From Octopus sinensis (taxonomy: Eukaryota), in assembly GCF_006345805.1 (NCBI RefSeq), contig NW_021833072.1:1-57509 (forward strand): a stretch of 57,509 nucleotides of DNA, in the 5' to 3' direction. Both the position numbers and the translations under genes were made by a program. Each line of letters opens with the position of its first letter. Position 1 is the stretch's first letter. Under the pieces are notes generated by a model. The model was not told the origin of the DNA, did not search any database, and saw only the letters and a list, made by a program, of their open reading frames with translations. Shown in pieces: positions 1 to 12,300 of this stretch.

Positions 1-610
1 CACCATCCAGTGTCAAGTTAATTACAGAACTTGAGGCGATCCAACGAAGCTACACGAAGAAGATAGCCTCTGTGCAGCATATAAGCAACTGGGAAAGACT
101 CAAGAGATTAAGATTCTATTTCTTAGAGCGTAGGCGAGAAAGATATGCCATAATATACATCTGGAAGATCCTAGAAGGACTTGTCCCAAACTTTGGCTTC
201 GAGAGTTACACAAATACTAGAACTGGGCGCCACTGTATAGTGCCAAGGACTCCAAATTTGCTATCAAGATGTAGGACAAGATACTGTAATATCCTGGGCT
301 TCAGAGGCCCACAGCTCTTCAATATCCTCCCGAAGAACCTGAGAGACCTGCATGGGGTGGATGCAGATGTCCTTAAAATAAAACTGGATCTCTTCCTATC
401 AGGTGTCCCAGATGAACCAACTTCACGGCAGGAGGTGCCGATGAGGGCAGCTGCATCGAACTCTCTCATGCACCAAATGGCAATTGCTAAAAAGCATTTG
501 TGAAGTAAAATCATGTAGCAACACCAAATGGCGGTGCCCCAGCATGGCCACAGCTCGTGAGCTGAAACTAGATAAAATAAAATAATATAAAATAAAATAA
601 AATAAATAAA
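1..610 (+). mobile_element. 3' end of a CR1/L2-clade LINE (ORF2 C-terminus to 503, short 3' UTR, (AAAAT)n tail)
   Basis: Reading frame LEAIQRSYTKKI...WERLKRL...LERRRERYAIIYIWKILEGLVPN...GPQLFNILP is typical of the CR1 ORF2 C-terminal region; followed by ggcggtgccccagcatggccacagctcgtgagctgaaactaga and an A-rich tail. Confidence 0.8.
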
Positions 611-773
611 TATACGACGAGCTTCTTTCAAGTTCTGTCTACCAAATCCACTCACAAGGCTTTGGTTGTTCCGAGGCTATAGTAGAAGACACTCGCCCAA
701 GGTGCCACGCAGTGGGACTGAACCCGGAACCATGTGGATGGGAAACAAGTTTCTAACCACACAGCCATTCCTG
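611..773 (-). mobile_element. SINE family B, 5' half
   Basis: Reverse complement of caggaatggctgtgtggt...ggttccgggttcagtcccactgcgtggc...gtcgtata, matching about 10 other copies in the window. Confidence 0.8.
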
Positions 774-1020
774 TTAGTTTGTTTTGCTAATCATATCATA
801 TTTTGTTTGTTGTACCACGATCCTAGTATAGCAAATTTCTTTTGATAAAAGAAATTCTAAGGAGTCCATAATAAAGGTTTTGAAAGAAAAAACAACACTT
901 GATATTGGATTCAAACTGTGCCATTCTCGACGAGTTGGTCACCTCTTATTTCTGACTATCTTCTCAAAATGTCCCAACTCTCTTTCTCTCTTTCTCCCTT
1001 TCTCTGTCTCTTTCTCTCCT

Positions 1021-1065
<45 letters not shown>

Positions 1066-1168
1066 CTTTCTCTTACTCCTTCCCTCGGCATTCATTCATT
1101 TATTTACACTCAAACCGCCATATTCCCTTTGATATTATTCATCAGCAATTTCTCTTTTACTTAGTTCT

Positions 1169-1552
1169 GGGAGGTGCAATGGCCCAGTGGTTAGGGCAGC
1201 GGACTCGCGGTCATAGGATCGCGGTTTCGATTCCCAGACCGGGCGTTGTGAGTGTTTATTGAGCGAAAACACCTAAAAGCTCCACGAGGCTCCGGCAGGG
1301 GATGGTGGTGATCCCTGCTGTACTCTTTTACCACAACTTTCTCTCACTCTTACTTCCTGTTTCCGTTGTACCTGTATTTCAAAGGGCCGGCCTTGTCACT
1401 CTCTGTGTCACACTGAATATCCCCGAGAACTACGTTAAGGGTACGCGTGTCTGTGGAGTGCTCAGCCACTTACACGTTAAGTTCACGAGCAGGATGTTCC
1501 GTTGATCGGATCAACCGGAACCCTCATCGTCGCAACCGACGGAACGCTTCCA
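1169..1552 (+). mobile_element. SINE family A (tRNA-derived head, ~380 bp)
   Basis: A-box tggcccagtggttag and B-box ggtttcgattccc; near-identical copies at 19561, 23328, 24491 and 31739. Confidence 0.85.
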
Positions 1553-1858
1553 CTTATTTCTAACTTATGTCCTTTCCTCCTCATACCCGTTCTCTCTTTA
1601 CCTCTAACCCTTCGTAATATGGTCTCTCTCTCCTCCTTTCTCTCTCTTTATATATATATATATATTTTAATTTTTATCTAGTTTCAGCTCACAAGCTGTG
1701 GCCATGCTGGGGCACCGCCATTTACCACACAGCCATTCCTGTTAGTTTGTTTTGCTAGTCATATCGTATTTTGTTTGTTGTGCCACGATCCTAGTATAGC
1801 AAATTTCTTTTGATAAAAGAAATTCTACGGAGCCCATAACAAAGGTTTTGAAAGAAAA

Positions 1859-1897
<39 letters not shown>

Positions 1898-1949
1898 ATC
1901 TCTCTCTCTCTCTCTCTCTCTATCTGTGTTTTTTACTATCACTCAAACC

Positions 1950-2440
1950 CCAAACCACTTAGTTCCCTCTTTCAGTAACTCAATCCCCTCCTCTCTCATT
2001 AGTTCTTAGTCTTTCTTTTCTACGTATTACATCTCTCACAAAACTTGACCCTTCTGTTTATTTTGTCTGACAAACTAAACCAGAACGTTCAGTCAGCAAT
2101 AAGAAAAACCTGTTTTCTTCATATTTTTGCTCCTTTCTCTTTTGTCCAAATCAAATATTTCCCTCTCTATGTAATTCTATACATTTCTAAATATGTATTT
2201 ATTGGCAAGGAAGTGTTCGGTTTTCAATGAAATGATTCTAAGCAAATAAAACCAGATGTCACGTGATTATCACATTTTAATTGCGAGCTGTTTGTGTTGT
2301 TACGTATAGAACAAGTTCACTTAAAACAACCTCTCTGATATTCCTGTCAGTTTCGGATTTGTACATTATCTGTGAACTGACTTCATTATATCACGAACGA
2401 TATAATTAATCACGAAGAACTATTGGAAAGTTCTTCAAAT
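1950..2440 (+). promoter_or_regulatory. Putative promoter/5' UTR of gene A
   Basis: Non-repetitive sequence colinear and similar to 29400-29924 upstream of gene B (shared cttgacccttct, aaaccag, gttacgta and tcacgaagaac blocks); no TSS evidence. Confidence 0.4.
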
Positions 2441-2561
2441 ATGATGTCGTCTGGTTATCTTACGGTTGCCGAGGGGTCGTGGGGTTCCTCTCGTCTGCCT
2501 CGCAAGCTGTTGATGTCGGTCATGCTGATGATAGTGATGATGTATTCCTACACTTCAGCCT
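2441..2561 (+). CDS. Gene A exon 1: signal peptide MMSSGYLTVAEGSWGSSRLPRKLLMSVMLMIVMMYSYTSA
   Basis: ATG at 2441, 40 codons + 1 nt, donor gtaagt at 2562 (phase 1); basic-hydrophobic-TSA cleavage pattern; same-length paralogous exon at 29925-30045. Confidence 0.8.
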
Positions 2562-2619
2562 GTAAGTAAAGGACACTAACTTTATTTTCTCACCTCTAAC
2601 CTTTCTCTCTGTCCTCTCC

Positions 2620-2655
<36 letters not shown>

Positions 2656-2935
2656 TCTCTCTCCCTCCCTCTCTCTCTCTCATCATGTACGCTGTATCTT
2701 GGGGACTTTAAAGTTTGCCGATCCCTTTTCAGAAGTGATTCGGATGATTTCTTCCAGAAGGAAAGAAAAGATGAATTATTCCAATACGCCATGAATTCAT
2801 ATAGGAAAATCTTATCCCCACCCCAGAACAAATACCCCTAAAACTTAGATTATATATTGTCACCCAATAAGTGAGAGTCACATGGTTCAATTTCCATTAG
2901 TGAACCTGTTCTTCTCATTGTCCTTTTGCTTTATA

Positions 2936-3319
2936 TCTCTCTCTATATAAAGCTGAAGTTGTCTTCAGTGTATGGCATGTTTGGAAGCCTTCAACTAACA
3001 CAATCTCCTCCGAGACCCTGCGGTGCAAGTTGACCAAAATTGAGAGTATGATAGAAGAAGGCTTGCTCTTCATTCCGTAGAAGAAAAAATTCAAATCGAA
3101 CCATGTTAACACCACTTATTTACATCAAAATGGTGCTTTTTTCTATGAAAATCCCTATTTTTTACGATCTTTTGACTGCTGTGTCGCCATTTTTCGGTGT
3201 CTTTCAACCAGAAAAATGTTCACTTAAAGAGAATAACAAACTACAAAATTTTTACTTTTCAAAAATTCCAATTCTAAAGGGTCGAAACAAACCCGAGCAA
3301 TGCCGGGCGATACTGCTAG
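2936..3319 (+). mobile_element. Non-autonomous Helitron-like element
   Basis: Starts TC, ends CTAG, inserted between A and T, subterminal GC hairpin cccgagcaatgccggg; related copies at 39882-40258 (-) and 46264-46655 (+). Confidence 0.7.
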
Positions 3320-3860
3320 TTTCAATATAAATAAGTAACTCACACCTTTTAGCAAACAGATGACAATTTTTTTTTGTAGTCAGCGACCCAGAATTAGTAA
3401 TAATCGGGTGGTTCGTAGGTTTAATGTTTGTATTCGTAACCTGGCATTTGTTTCTGTAACTATGAAGGCGACGAACAGCGCCATCTGAATTTAATGCTCG
3501 TCTGTTAAACCGAACGATGATGAATGGCTGGTCATTTGGTGCAGGAAGATGGAAGACACCAATGCATAGGGAACAAGACTGGAAGACCAGACGACAGAAA
3601 GAATCGGTACATACTCAGAGTTCACAGAAGCTCCTCAGTAGGCCTAGCATAGCGATGGACACCTTATGGTAGTCTTTCATTGAAAAAGAAGAAATTGAAG
3701 AAAAAATAACAATAGCAACACGACTATGTCTTCTATCTCATTGATCCACAGTATAATGGAATAACGAATAGAAAGCATTAACAGTAAGGTGTAGTATTAT
3801 AGCTTGTGGGTGTGAGGTCAATTGACGTGTTAGTTAAGCTTCTATAACCTGTCTGGCTAA

Positions 3861-5838
3861 GGCGGCGAGCTGGCAGGAACGTTAGCACGACGGGCGAAAT
3901 GCTTTGTGGTATTTCGCACGCCGCTGCGTTGTAATCGACTTAATACGTTTGTCTGCCCTTGTTTGTCCTCTCTGTGTTTAGCCCCTTGTGGCTAGTAAAG
4001 AAATGGGTATTTCGTCTGTTTTTACGTTCTGAGTTCAAAATCCGCCGAGGTCGACTTTGCCTTTCATCCTTTCGGGGTCGATAAATTAAGTACCAGTTAT
4101 GCACTGGGGTCGATGTAATCGACTTAATCCGTTTGTCTGTCCTTGTCTGTCCTCTCTGTGTTTAGCCCCTTGTGGCTAGTAAAGAAATAGGTATTTCGTC
4201 TGCCGCTACGTTCTGAGTTCAAATTCCGCCGAGGTCGATTTTGCCTTCCATCCTTTCGGGGTCGATAAATTAAGTACCAGTTACGCACTGGGGTCGATGT
4301 AATCGACTTAATCCGTTTGTCTGCTCTTGTTTGTCTTCTCTGTGTTTAGCCCCTTGTGGGTAGTAAAGAAATAGGTATTTCGTCTGTTTTTACGTTCTGA
4401 GTTCAAATTCCGCCGAGGTCGATTTTGCCTTCCATCCTTTCGGGGTCGATAAATTAAGTACCAGTTACGCACTGGGGTCGATGTAATCGACTTAATCCGT
4501 TTGTCTGCTCTTGTTTGTCTTCTCTGTGTTTAGCCCCTTGTGGGTAGTAAGAAATAGGTATTTCGTCTGTTTTTACGTTCTGAGTTCAAATTCCGCCGAG
4601 GTCGATTTTGCCTTCCATCCTTTCGGGGTCGATAAATTAAGTACCAGTTACGCACTGGGGTCGATGTAATCGACTTAATCCGTTTGTCTGCTCTTGTTTG
4701 TCTTCTCTGTGTTTAGCCCCTTGTGGGTAGTAAAGAAATAGGTATTTCGTCTGTTTTTACGTTCTGAGTTCAAATTCCGCCGAGGTCGATTTTGCCTTCC
4801 ATCCTTTCGGGGTCGATAAATTAAGTACCAGTTACGCACTGGGGTCGATGTAATCGACTTAATCCGTTTGTCTGCTCTTGTTTGTCTTCTCTGTGTTAGC
4901 CCCTTGTGGGTAGTAAAGAAATAGGTATTTCGTCTGTTTTTACGTTCTGAGTTCAAATTCCGCCGAGGTCGATTTTGCCTTCCATCCTTTCGGGGTCGAT
5001 AAATTAAGTACCAGTTACGCACTGGGGTCGATGTAATCGACTTAATCGTTTGTCTGCTCTTGTTTGTCTTCTCTGTGTTTAGCCCCTGTGGGTAGTAAAG
5101 AAATAGGTATTTCGTCTGTTTTTACGTTCTGAGTTCAAATTCCGCCGAGGTCGATTTTGCCTTCCATCCTTTCGGGGTCGATAAATTAAGTACCAGTTAC
5201 GCACTGGGGTCGATGTAATCGACTTAATCCGTTTGTCTGCTCTTGTTTGTCTTCTCTGTGTTTAGCCCCTTGTGGGTAGTAAAGAAATAGGTATTTCGTC
5301 TGTTTTTACGTTCTGAGTTCAAATTCCGCCGAGGTCGATTTTGCCTTCCATCCTTTCGGGGTCGATAAATTAAGTACCAGTTACGCACTGGGGTCGATGT
5401 AATCGACTTAATCCGTTTGTCTGCTCTTGTTTGTCTTCTCTGTGTTTAGCCCCTTGTGGGTAGTAAAGAAATAGGTATTTCGTCTGTTTTTACGTTCTGA
5501 GTTCAAATTCCGCCGAGGTCGACTTTGCCTTTCATCCTTTCGGGGTCGATAAATTAAGTACCAGTTACGCACTGGGGTCGATGTAATCGACTTAATCCGT
5601 TTGTCTGCTCTTGTTTGTCTTCTCTGTGTTTAGCCCCTTGTGGGTAGTAAAGAAATAGGTATTTCGTCTGCCGCTACGTTCTGAGTTCAAAATCCGCTGA
5701 GGTCGACTTCGCCTTTCATCTTTTCGGGGTCGATAAATTAAGTACCAGTTACGCACTGGGGTCGATGTAATCAACTTAATCCCTTTGTCTGTCCTTGTTT
5801 GTTCCCTCTATGTTTAGACCCTTGTGGGTAGTAAAGAT
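3861..5838 (+). repeat. SINE family C head followed by 10 tandem copies of a 184-bp SINE body unit
   Basis: ggtatttcgtctg recurs at 4006, 4190, 4374, 4557, 4741, 4924, 5106, 5290, 5474 and 5658; single head ggcggcgagctggcag at ~3861. Confidence 0.9.
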
Positions 5839-6049
5839 ATATATATAACATCTCTGGCTAAAGCTTTGTGATCATCATCATAATTAAAAAAGGGACTAAT
5901 TAATAAAGAGAAAATACTTGATGCAGGTGGAGAACAGAACGAGGATGATCCAATCCCCGGGGCTAAATAAAGGGTTCGTTACCAGATTCTGGAAATATGA
6001 CTTAATAGGTGAGGGACCTGAAGATGTCGGAGGATACAATAGGTGAAGC

Positions 6050-6636
6050 ATTCTTTTCCTTTCTACTCTAGGCACAATGCCCGACATTTTGGGGGGACGA
6101 CGCCAGTCGATTACATTGACCCCAGTACGCAACTGGTACTTAAGTTATCGACCCCGAAAGACTAATGCAAAGTCGACGTCGAAGGAATTTGAACTCAGAA
6201 CGTAAAGACAGACGAAATACCTATTTCTTTACTACCCACAAGGGACTAAACACAGGGGGGACAAACAAGGACAGACAAATGGATTAAGTCGATTACAACG
6301 ACCCCAGTGCGTAACTGGTACTTAATTTATCGACCCCGAAAGGATGAAAGGCAAAGTCGACCTCGGCGGAATTTGAACTGAGCACTTAGCGGCAGACGAA
6401 ATATCTATTTCTTTACTACCCACAAGGGGCTAAGCACTGAAGGGACAAACAAGGACAGACAAAGGGATTAAGTTGATTATATCGACCCCAGTGCGTAACT
6501 GATACTTAATTTATCGACCCCGAAATGATAGAACGCAAAGTCGACCTCGGCGGAATTTGAACTCAGAACGTAACGGCAAACGAAATACGGCTACGCATTT
6601 CGCCCGGCGTGCTAACGTTTCTGCCAGCTCGCCCCC
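6050..6636 (-). mobile_element. SINE family C with ~3 tandem body units, opposite orientation
   Basis: Reverse complement of the 184-bp unit repeated; head ...ctgccagctcgcc at ~6620-6633. Confidence 0.8.
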
Positions 6637-6946
6637 TGACGACACCCGAGGCATTGCGACTATAATGAGCAAGATGAGGAAGACATTAGAGGAGGACATT
6701 AGTCCAGATATGTAAACAAGAACGGTAACTCTTGGTCTCAGAAATTCAGTCAAAATTTCTTTCTTCTCGTTCGCTGTTTGCTGTAATTACCTTTTATTTT
6801 CTTTCTTCTTTTCCATCATTTTCGGTATTCTCTTCTTTTTCAGTTCTTCTTTTTCCCTTTCTCTTCTACTGTTTCTTTTTTTTCTCTTTTGTCCATCAGT
6901 ATGTGACTTTTTAATAAATTTTCCCTCTTCCATTTTTACTTTATAG

Positions 6947-7258
6947 ATGTTGAAATCATCAGCTATTCACCAGCCGATGGTTTCACCGTTGGAAGAGAAG
7001 ATACATTGGATATTTCATGTTTATATAAAACGAACAATCCTGATTGGTTCAAATTGAAGCGAAACTATACTATCATTGCAGAGATAGAAAACAACGAAAT
7101 CAAAATGCATGATAACGATTTCAGCTGTACTTTAAACCAACTTATCTCGGACTTTGGTGTGGTTAATTGTAGGAAAAAGAACCTCAATTGCCAGGATGTT
7201 GGCTTATACAGTTGTTGGTTAAAAGACGGAGATCATTCCAGTATGAGGTTTCTAAGAG
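6947..7258 (+). CDS. Gene A exon 2: Ig-like domain D1
   Basis: Acceptor catttttactttatag, 312 nt phase 1-1, donor ag|gtcagt conserved in all three paralogs; VEIISYSPADGFTVG...ISC...FSC...VVNCRKKNLNCQDVGLYSC carries the D-x-G-x-Y-x-C Ig F-strand motif. Confidence 0.85.
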
Positions 7259-7306
7259 GTCAGTTCACAAACCACGTCATTAGTCTTCACTATTCAACAT
7301 TATTAC

Positions 7307-7358
<52 letters not shown>

Positions 7359-7393
7359 GTTATTATTATTATTATTTTATTATTATTATTATT

Positions 7394-7944
7394 GAGTGAG
7401 AGAGCAGTGCATGCCATCAAAGTGACACTGGGGTAAAATATACGAAGCCCAGTATACCCATCATGACTACCCGTCTGATAAGGGTACACCAGGCACATGC
7501 ATCACAACCATATGTGCGCGACATGGTGATCTCATATCAAGATAAACAGCACATGACCTTGCAGGTGGGGCCCAGTTAGAATTTTCTTCAGGTTGAGTAG
7601 CCCATCCCGCTCAAAAGGTCCCTGAATAAGGGTTGTTTAAGGATGTTGAAAGAACCACCCATGTTTCCAGAGGTGAATTATTCAAACCCCAAAGAATCCC
7701 TCTCAACACATGGCTATGATGCTCCCCCACTACTTCTGCTCGTGATCAGAGATGCACATATCGTCAGCCACTAAGGGACATGCTCAACTGGTTAAGGTCA
7801 AACAACTGACAAGCAAATCTTTGGTATTGTGCAGAATATTTGCTGTAGCCCATCTTTTATACCAAGACAAAACAATGTACATGATAACACTTCCAATCAG
7901 TTAAGATCAGAAGCCATGAGAGCCACTGCCTGGTACTGCATCAG
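7394..7944 (-). mobile_element. Non-coding ~555-bp element in (TAT)n, copy 1
   Basis: gagtgagagagcagtgcatgcc...gcctggtactgcatcag; near-identical copies at 8603 and 52485, all flanked by TAT repeats; strand inferred from neighbouring LINE polarity. Confidence 0.75.
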
Positions 7945-7946
7945 TA

Positions 7947-7999
<53 letters not shown>

Positions 8000-8054
8000 G
8001 TTATTATTATCGCAATTATTTTTATTATTATGGTTATTATTATCAGTATTATTA

Positions 8055-8109
<55 letters not shown>

Positions 8110-8161
8110 ATATTATTATTATTATTATTATTATTGTTATTATTATTATATTATTATTATT

Positions 8162-8199
<38 letters not shown>

Positions 8200-8311
8200 T
8201 ATTATTATTATTATTATCATTATTATTATATTATTATATTATATTATTATTATTATTATTATAATTATTATTATTATTATCATTATTATTATTATTATAT
8301 TATAATTATTA

Positions 8312-8351
<40 letters not shown>

Positions 8352-8387
8352 ATTATTGTTATTATCATTATTATTGTTATTATTATA

Positions 8388-8453
<66 letters not shown>

Positions 8454-8471
8454 CATTGTTATTATTATCGC

Positions 8472-8507
<36 letters not shown>

Positions 8508-8529
8508 AATTATTATTATTATTATTATT

Positions 8530-8578
8530 CAGTAGTTTTATTTTTATAGTGTGCTTTCACTTCACTACCGAGCGCATA
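8530..8578 (-). mobile_element. ~45-bp 3' terminal remnant of R4/Dong family 3
   Basis: ttttatagtgtgctttcacttcactaccgagcgca matches the 3' end of the 51305-51630 fragment. Confidence 0.6.
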
Positions 8579-8602
8579 TTATATTATAATATTATTATTA
8601 TT

Positions 8603-9156
8603 GAGTGAGAGAGCAGTTCATGCCATCAAAGTGACACTGGGGTAAAATATACGAAGCCCAATATACCCATCATGACTACCCGTCTGATAAAGGTACACCA
8701 GGCACATGCATCACAACCATATGTGCGCGACATGGTGATCTCATATCAAGATAAACAGCACATGACCTTGCAGGTGGGGCCCAGTTAGAATTTTCTTCAG
8801 GTTGAGTAGCCCATCCTGCTCAAACGGTCCCTGAATAAGGGTTGCTTTAGGATGTTGAACGAAACACCTATGTTTCCAGAGGTGAACCATTCAAACTCCA
8901 AAGAATCCCTCTCAACACATGGCCATGATGCTCCCCCACTACTTCTGCTCGTGATCAGAGATGCACATATCGTCAGCCACTAAGGGACATGCTCAACTGG
9001 TTAAGGTCAAACAACTGACAAGCAAATCTGTGGTATTGAGCAGAATATTTGCTGTAGCCCATCTTTTATACCAAGACAAAACAATGTACATGATAACACT
9101 TCCAATCAGTTAAGATCAGAAGCCATGAGAGCCACTGCCTGGTACTGCATCAGGGC

Positions 9157-9158
<2 letters not shown>
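8603..9158 (-). mobile_element. Non-coding ~555-bp element in (TAT)n, copy 2
   Basis: Same termini as copies 1 and 3. Confidence 0.75.
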
Positions 9159-9223
<65 letters not shown>

Positions 9224-9228
9224 CATTA

Positions 9229-9276
<48 letters not shown>

Positions 9277-9299
9277 CATTATTATTATTATTATAATCA

Positions 9300-9345
<46 letters not shown>

Positions 9346-9347
<2 letters not shown>

Positions 9348-12300
9348 TACTTTTTTTTTCTTTCAAATTTTCTTCCATTTCTTGCCGAGTGTCTTCCCGA
9401 CTCCTAGGGTAAAGAAACTCATAGTGTATATTGGTAGGCCATTAAACCAAACTCAGTAGTTCGTTCATTTTTTTTTTTTTTTAAGTTAAATTAAAATACA
9501 TGAGCAGCAACAGTTCTCACATCGACAATGCTCTTCTCAATACGTGTGATGTACCAGTAAAGACAATCTTTTGCACTTCTTGCAGGGATGGTAAGCCAGG
9601 GATCATTCTCATATAATTTACGATTCCCTTCTTGATCATTCCTAGTGCTCCTACGATCACTGGTATTGTAACCGCCTTGAGATGCCACATTTTCTCAATT
9701 TCAATGAGTAGGTCTTTATATTTTCTGAGCTTGTCAAACTCTTTCGCTGAGATATTATGATCACAGGGGATGCTCATGTCGATCAATAAGCAAACTTTAT
9801 TGTTTTGGTCTTTCACAACAATATCTGGTTTATTGGCCTTGATGGTTCGGTCTGTATGTACTGGAAAGTCCCACAGAATGGTTACATTTTCTCCTTCAGT
9901 TACAGCCTCAGGGTGGTGATTATACCACTTTTCGGCAGTTTTGATATTGTAATGCCGACTTATTAGCCAGTGGAGATATTGGCCAACTCTGTCATGTCTT
10001 AATTTATACTCCACTGGTGCTAAGACTTTACATCCAGAGATTAGGTGGTCCACTGTTTCAATCATGTCGTTGCAGAATCGGCATTTTGGGTCTGCTCCAT
10101 TTTTCATCACATTGGCCTGGTAGTTCCGGGTTAATAGACTTTGGTCTTGAGCAGCCAGGATGAAACCTTCGCTCTCTGCTTTTAGCCCTGAGCTCCGTAG
10201 CCACTGATGGGTTTGCTTCTGGTCAACATCAGCTTGTTTGCTGCGGGTCACATATTTGCCGTGCAGAGGTTTCTCCTCCCACCTATCAGCCAATTGCTCG
10301 TGCGCTTTTTTCATTGCCATCATTTTCACCTTCTTTGCAACAATAGTTGCCGTACTTCCCTCGGGTTGTTCAGTTTGGGTATCCTGCACGAGATCAATAG
10401 CAAATTTTTTGCTTTCCTTTATGATAGAATGAACCTTCTTTCGTCTCTCGTGATTTTCCACGAGCTTTAGCATCCAGTCATTCGATATTTCGAGATATTT
10501 GGCCAGTCCAATTGTGGTTGTTTTGTAAGCTAGTTCAAATTGGATCAGGCCTCGACCTCCTTGGGCTCTGGGAAGGTAAAGGCGATCTACGTCTGCCTTT
10601 GGGTGGTGCATCCTATTACAACTCAGCAGCTTGCGTATTTTTCTATCTATATTCTTTACTTCACTCGTATTCCAGTTCAACACATTGTAGCTATAAGTAA
10701 CAACTGGAACTGCTAAGGAATTTATAGCTAACACCTTGTTACGTGCATTTAGTTCAGATTTCAGGACTGCACGAACTCTCCTATAACATTCCTTCCTGAT
10801 TTTCTCTTTCATGCTTGCATGCTGAATACCAGAGCCTTCATTTATCCCTAAATATTTGTATGTTTGTTCTTGCTCAAGCTCTCTTATGAGTGTGTCAACA
10901 TCTAACACGACTGAATTTGTGGTCTTCACTTTCCCTTTCTGGAAAGTGGCCTTGGCACACTTCTCAAGTCCAAACTCCATCCCGATGTCATCGCTGAATG
11001 CTTTCACGGTGCGCAATAGGCCTTCAAGTTCATTATTGTCTTTACCATAAAGTTTTAAGTCATCCATATAAAATAGATGGCTTATTTTTTTATTGGCAAT
11101 TTTATACCCATACCCTGTTCTGTTTAATTCACTTGTAAGGGGTATTAGGGCTATGCAGAATATTAAAGGTGAAAGTGAGTCACCTTGAAAAATTCCACAG
11201 TTGATGTTTATATTTTCTGAGGCAAGTACTCCATTAGAGTGGTATAATTGGAGATTCGTATTCCACAACGACATATTGTGCTTCAGGAAGTTTGAAATCA
11301 CAGGGGAAATTTTGAAGATGTCCAGCGATCTCAAGATCCATGGATGCGGTATACTGTCGAAGGCCTTTTTATAGTCAATCCATGCGGTGCTGAGATTTCT
11401 GCGCTTGTTGTGACAGTTCTCAAGGATCATACGATTGATTAGCAGATGATCTTTGCTTCCGTAAGAGCCTCGGCGGCACCCTTTTTGTTCAATGGAGAAA
11501 ATATCGTTCTTCTCCATGAATGCATATGTTTTCTCCGCCAGGATAGATGTTAGGATTTTATACGTGGTGGATAGACAAGTTATAGGCCGATAGTTTTTTG
11601 GAAGGTTGGTTTCGTTATTCTTTGGGAGTAGGTAAGTAATGCCACTTGCTAACCATTCAGGTGTTTTCTTTGGGTCTCTCATAATTCCATTGAGCAGCTG
11701 AACTAGCTTACCGTGTGCGCACGGGAGCGATGCGAGCCAGAAATTCGGCACCCTATCTTTACCGGGGGATTTCCAATTATGGGCCTTCGTGAGTGCCTTT
11801 CTTAGGTCTGCTATTGTGATGTCTTCCCATGCTTGTTGTTGTAAATTTTGGTAGGATCCTTCAGTTTGTATAATCCAGTCTGCATTTATGTTGTACGTCT
11901 TCTTGTCACTCCAAATCCTTTTCCAAAAGTTTTGAACTTCTTCCATGGGAGGGGGGTCTTTAACGGTTACTTTCTCCTTCCCTATTTCTCTGTAGAATTT
12001 TTTGGCATTGGATGTGAACAGCTTATTTTGCTTGTAAAACTTGTTTCTCTTCTCAAATCTTCGTATTCTTTGGGCTTTTGCTTGGACTTTTTGTTTCAGC
12101 GTTTCTTTTATTGATATCAGTTCTTCTCTTGGTGAGGATCCAAATTTTCTCTTCATCTTTCTTCCTGTTCTGGATCTTACATCATTTCCACATATTAGTT
12201 CATTTAATATTGATATTTCCCCTCTCATAAATTCGATCTCTTTTTCAATTTTACTTCTCCAGGTTTGATTTCTTCCCAGGTTTGGTTTTCTTTGTTTCTT

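Larger units (their letters stand above)
7299..9345. repeat. (TAT)n microsatellite array interrupted by two ~555-bp elements
   Basis: Direct reading of imperfect TAT/ATT repeats at 7299-7393, 7945-8602 and 9159-9345. Confidence 0.95.

Noticed and set aside
1169-1245. tRNA gene-like sequence (also at the other SINE heads)
   Set aside because: A and B boxes present, but no complete cloverleaf or terminator, and always fused to a SINE body
4006-5838. Regular repeat array resembling CRISPR
   Set aside because: Units are contiguous 184-bp SINE bodies with no unique spacers, no cas genes, eukaryotic context
7259-7300. Extension of the D1 exons through GQFT/GQYI
   Set aside because: No consistent downstream donor in the three paralogs, whereas AG|GTCAGT is conserved, keeps phase 1 and gives a typical L-x-V-K-P Ig junction
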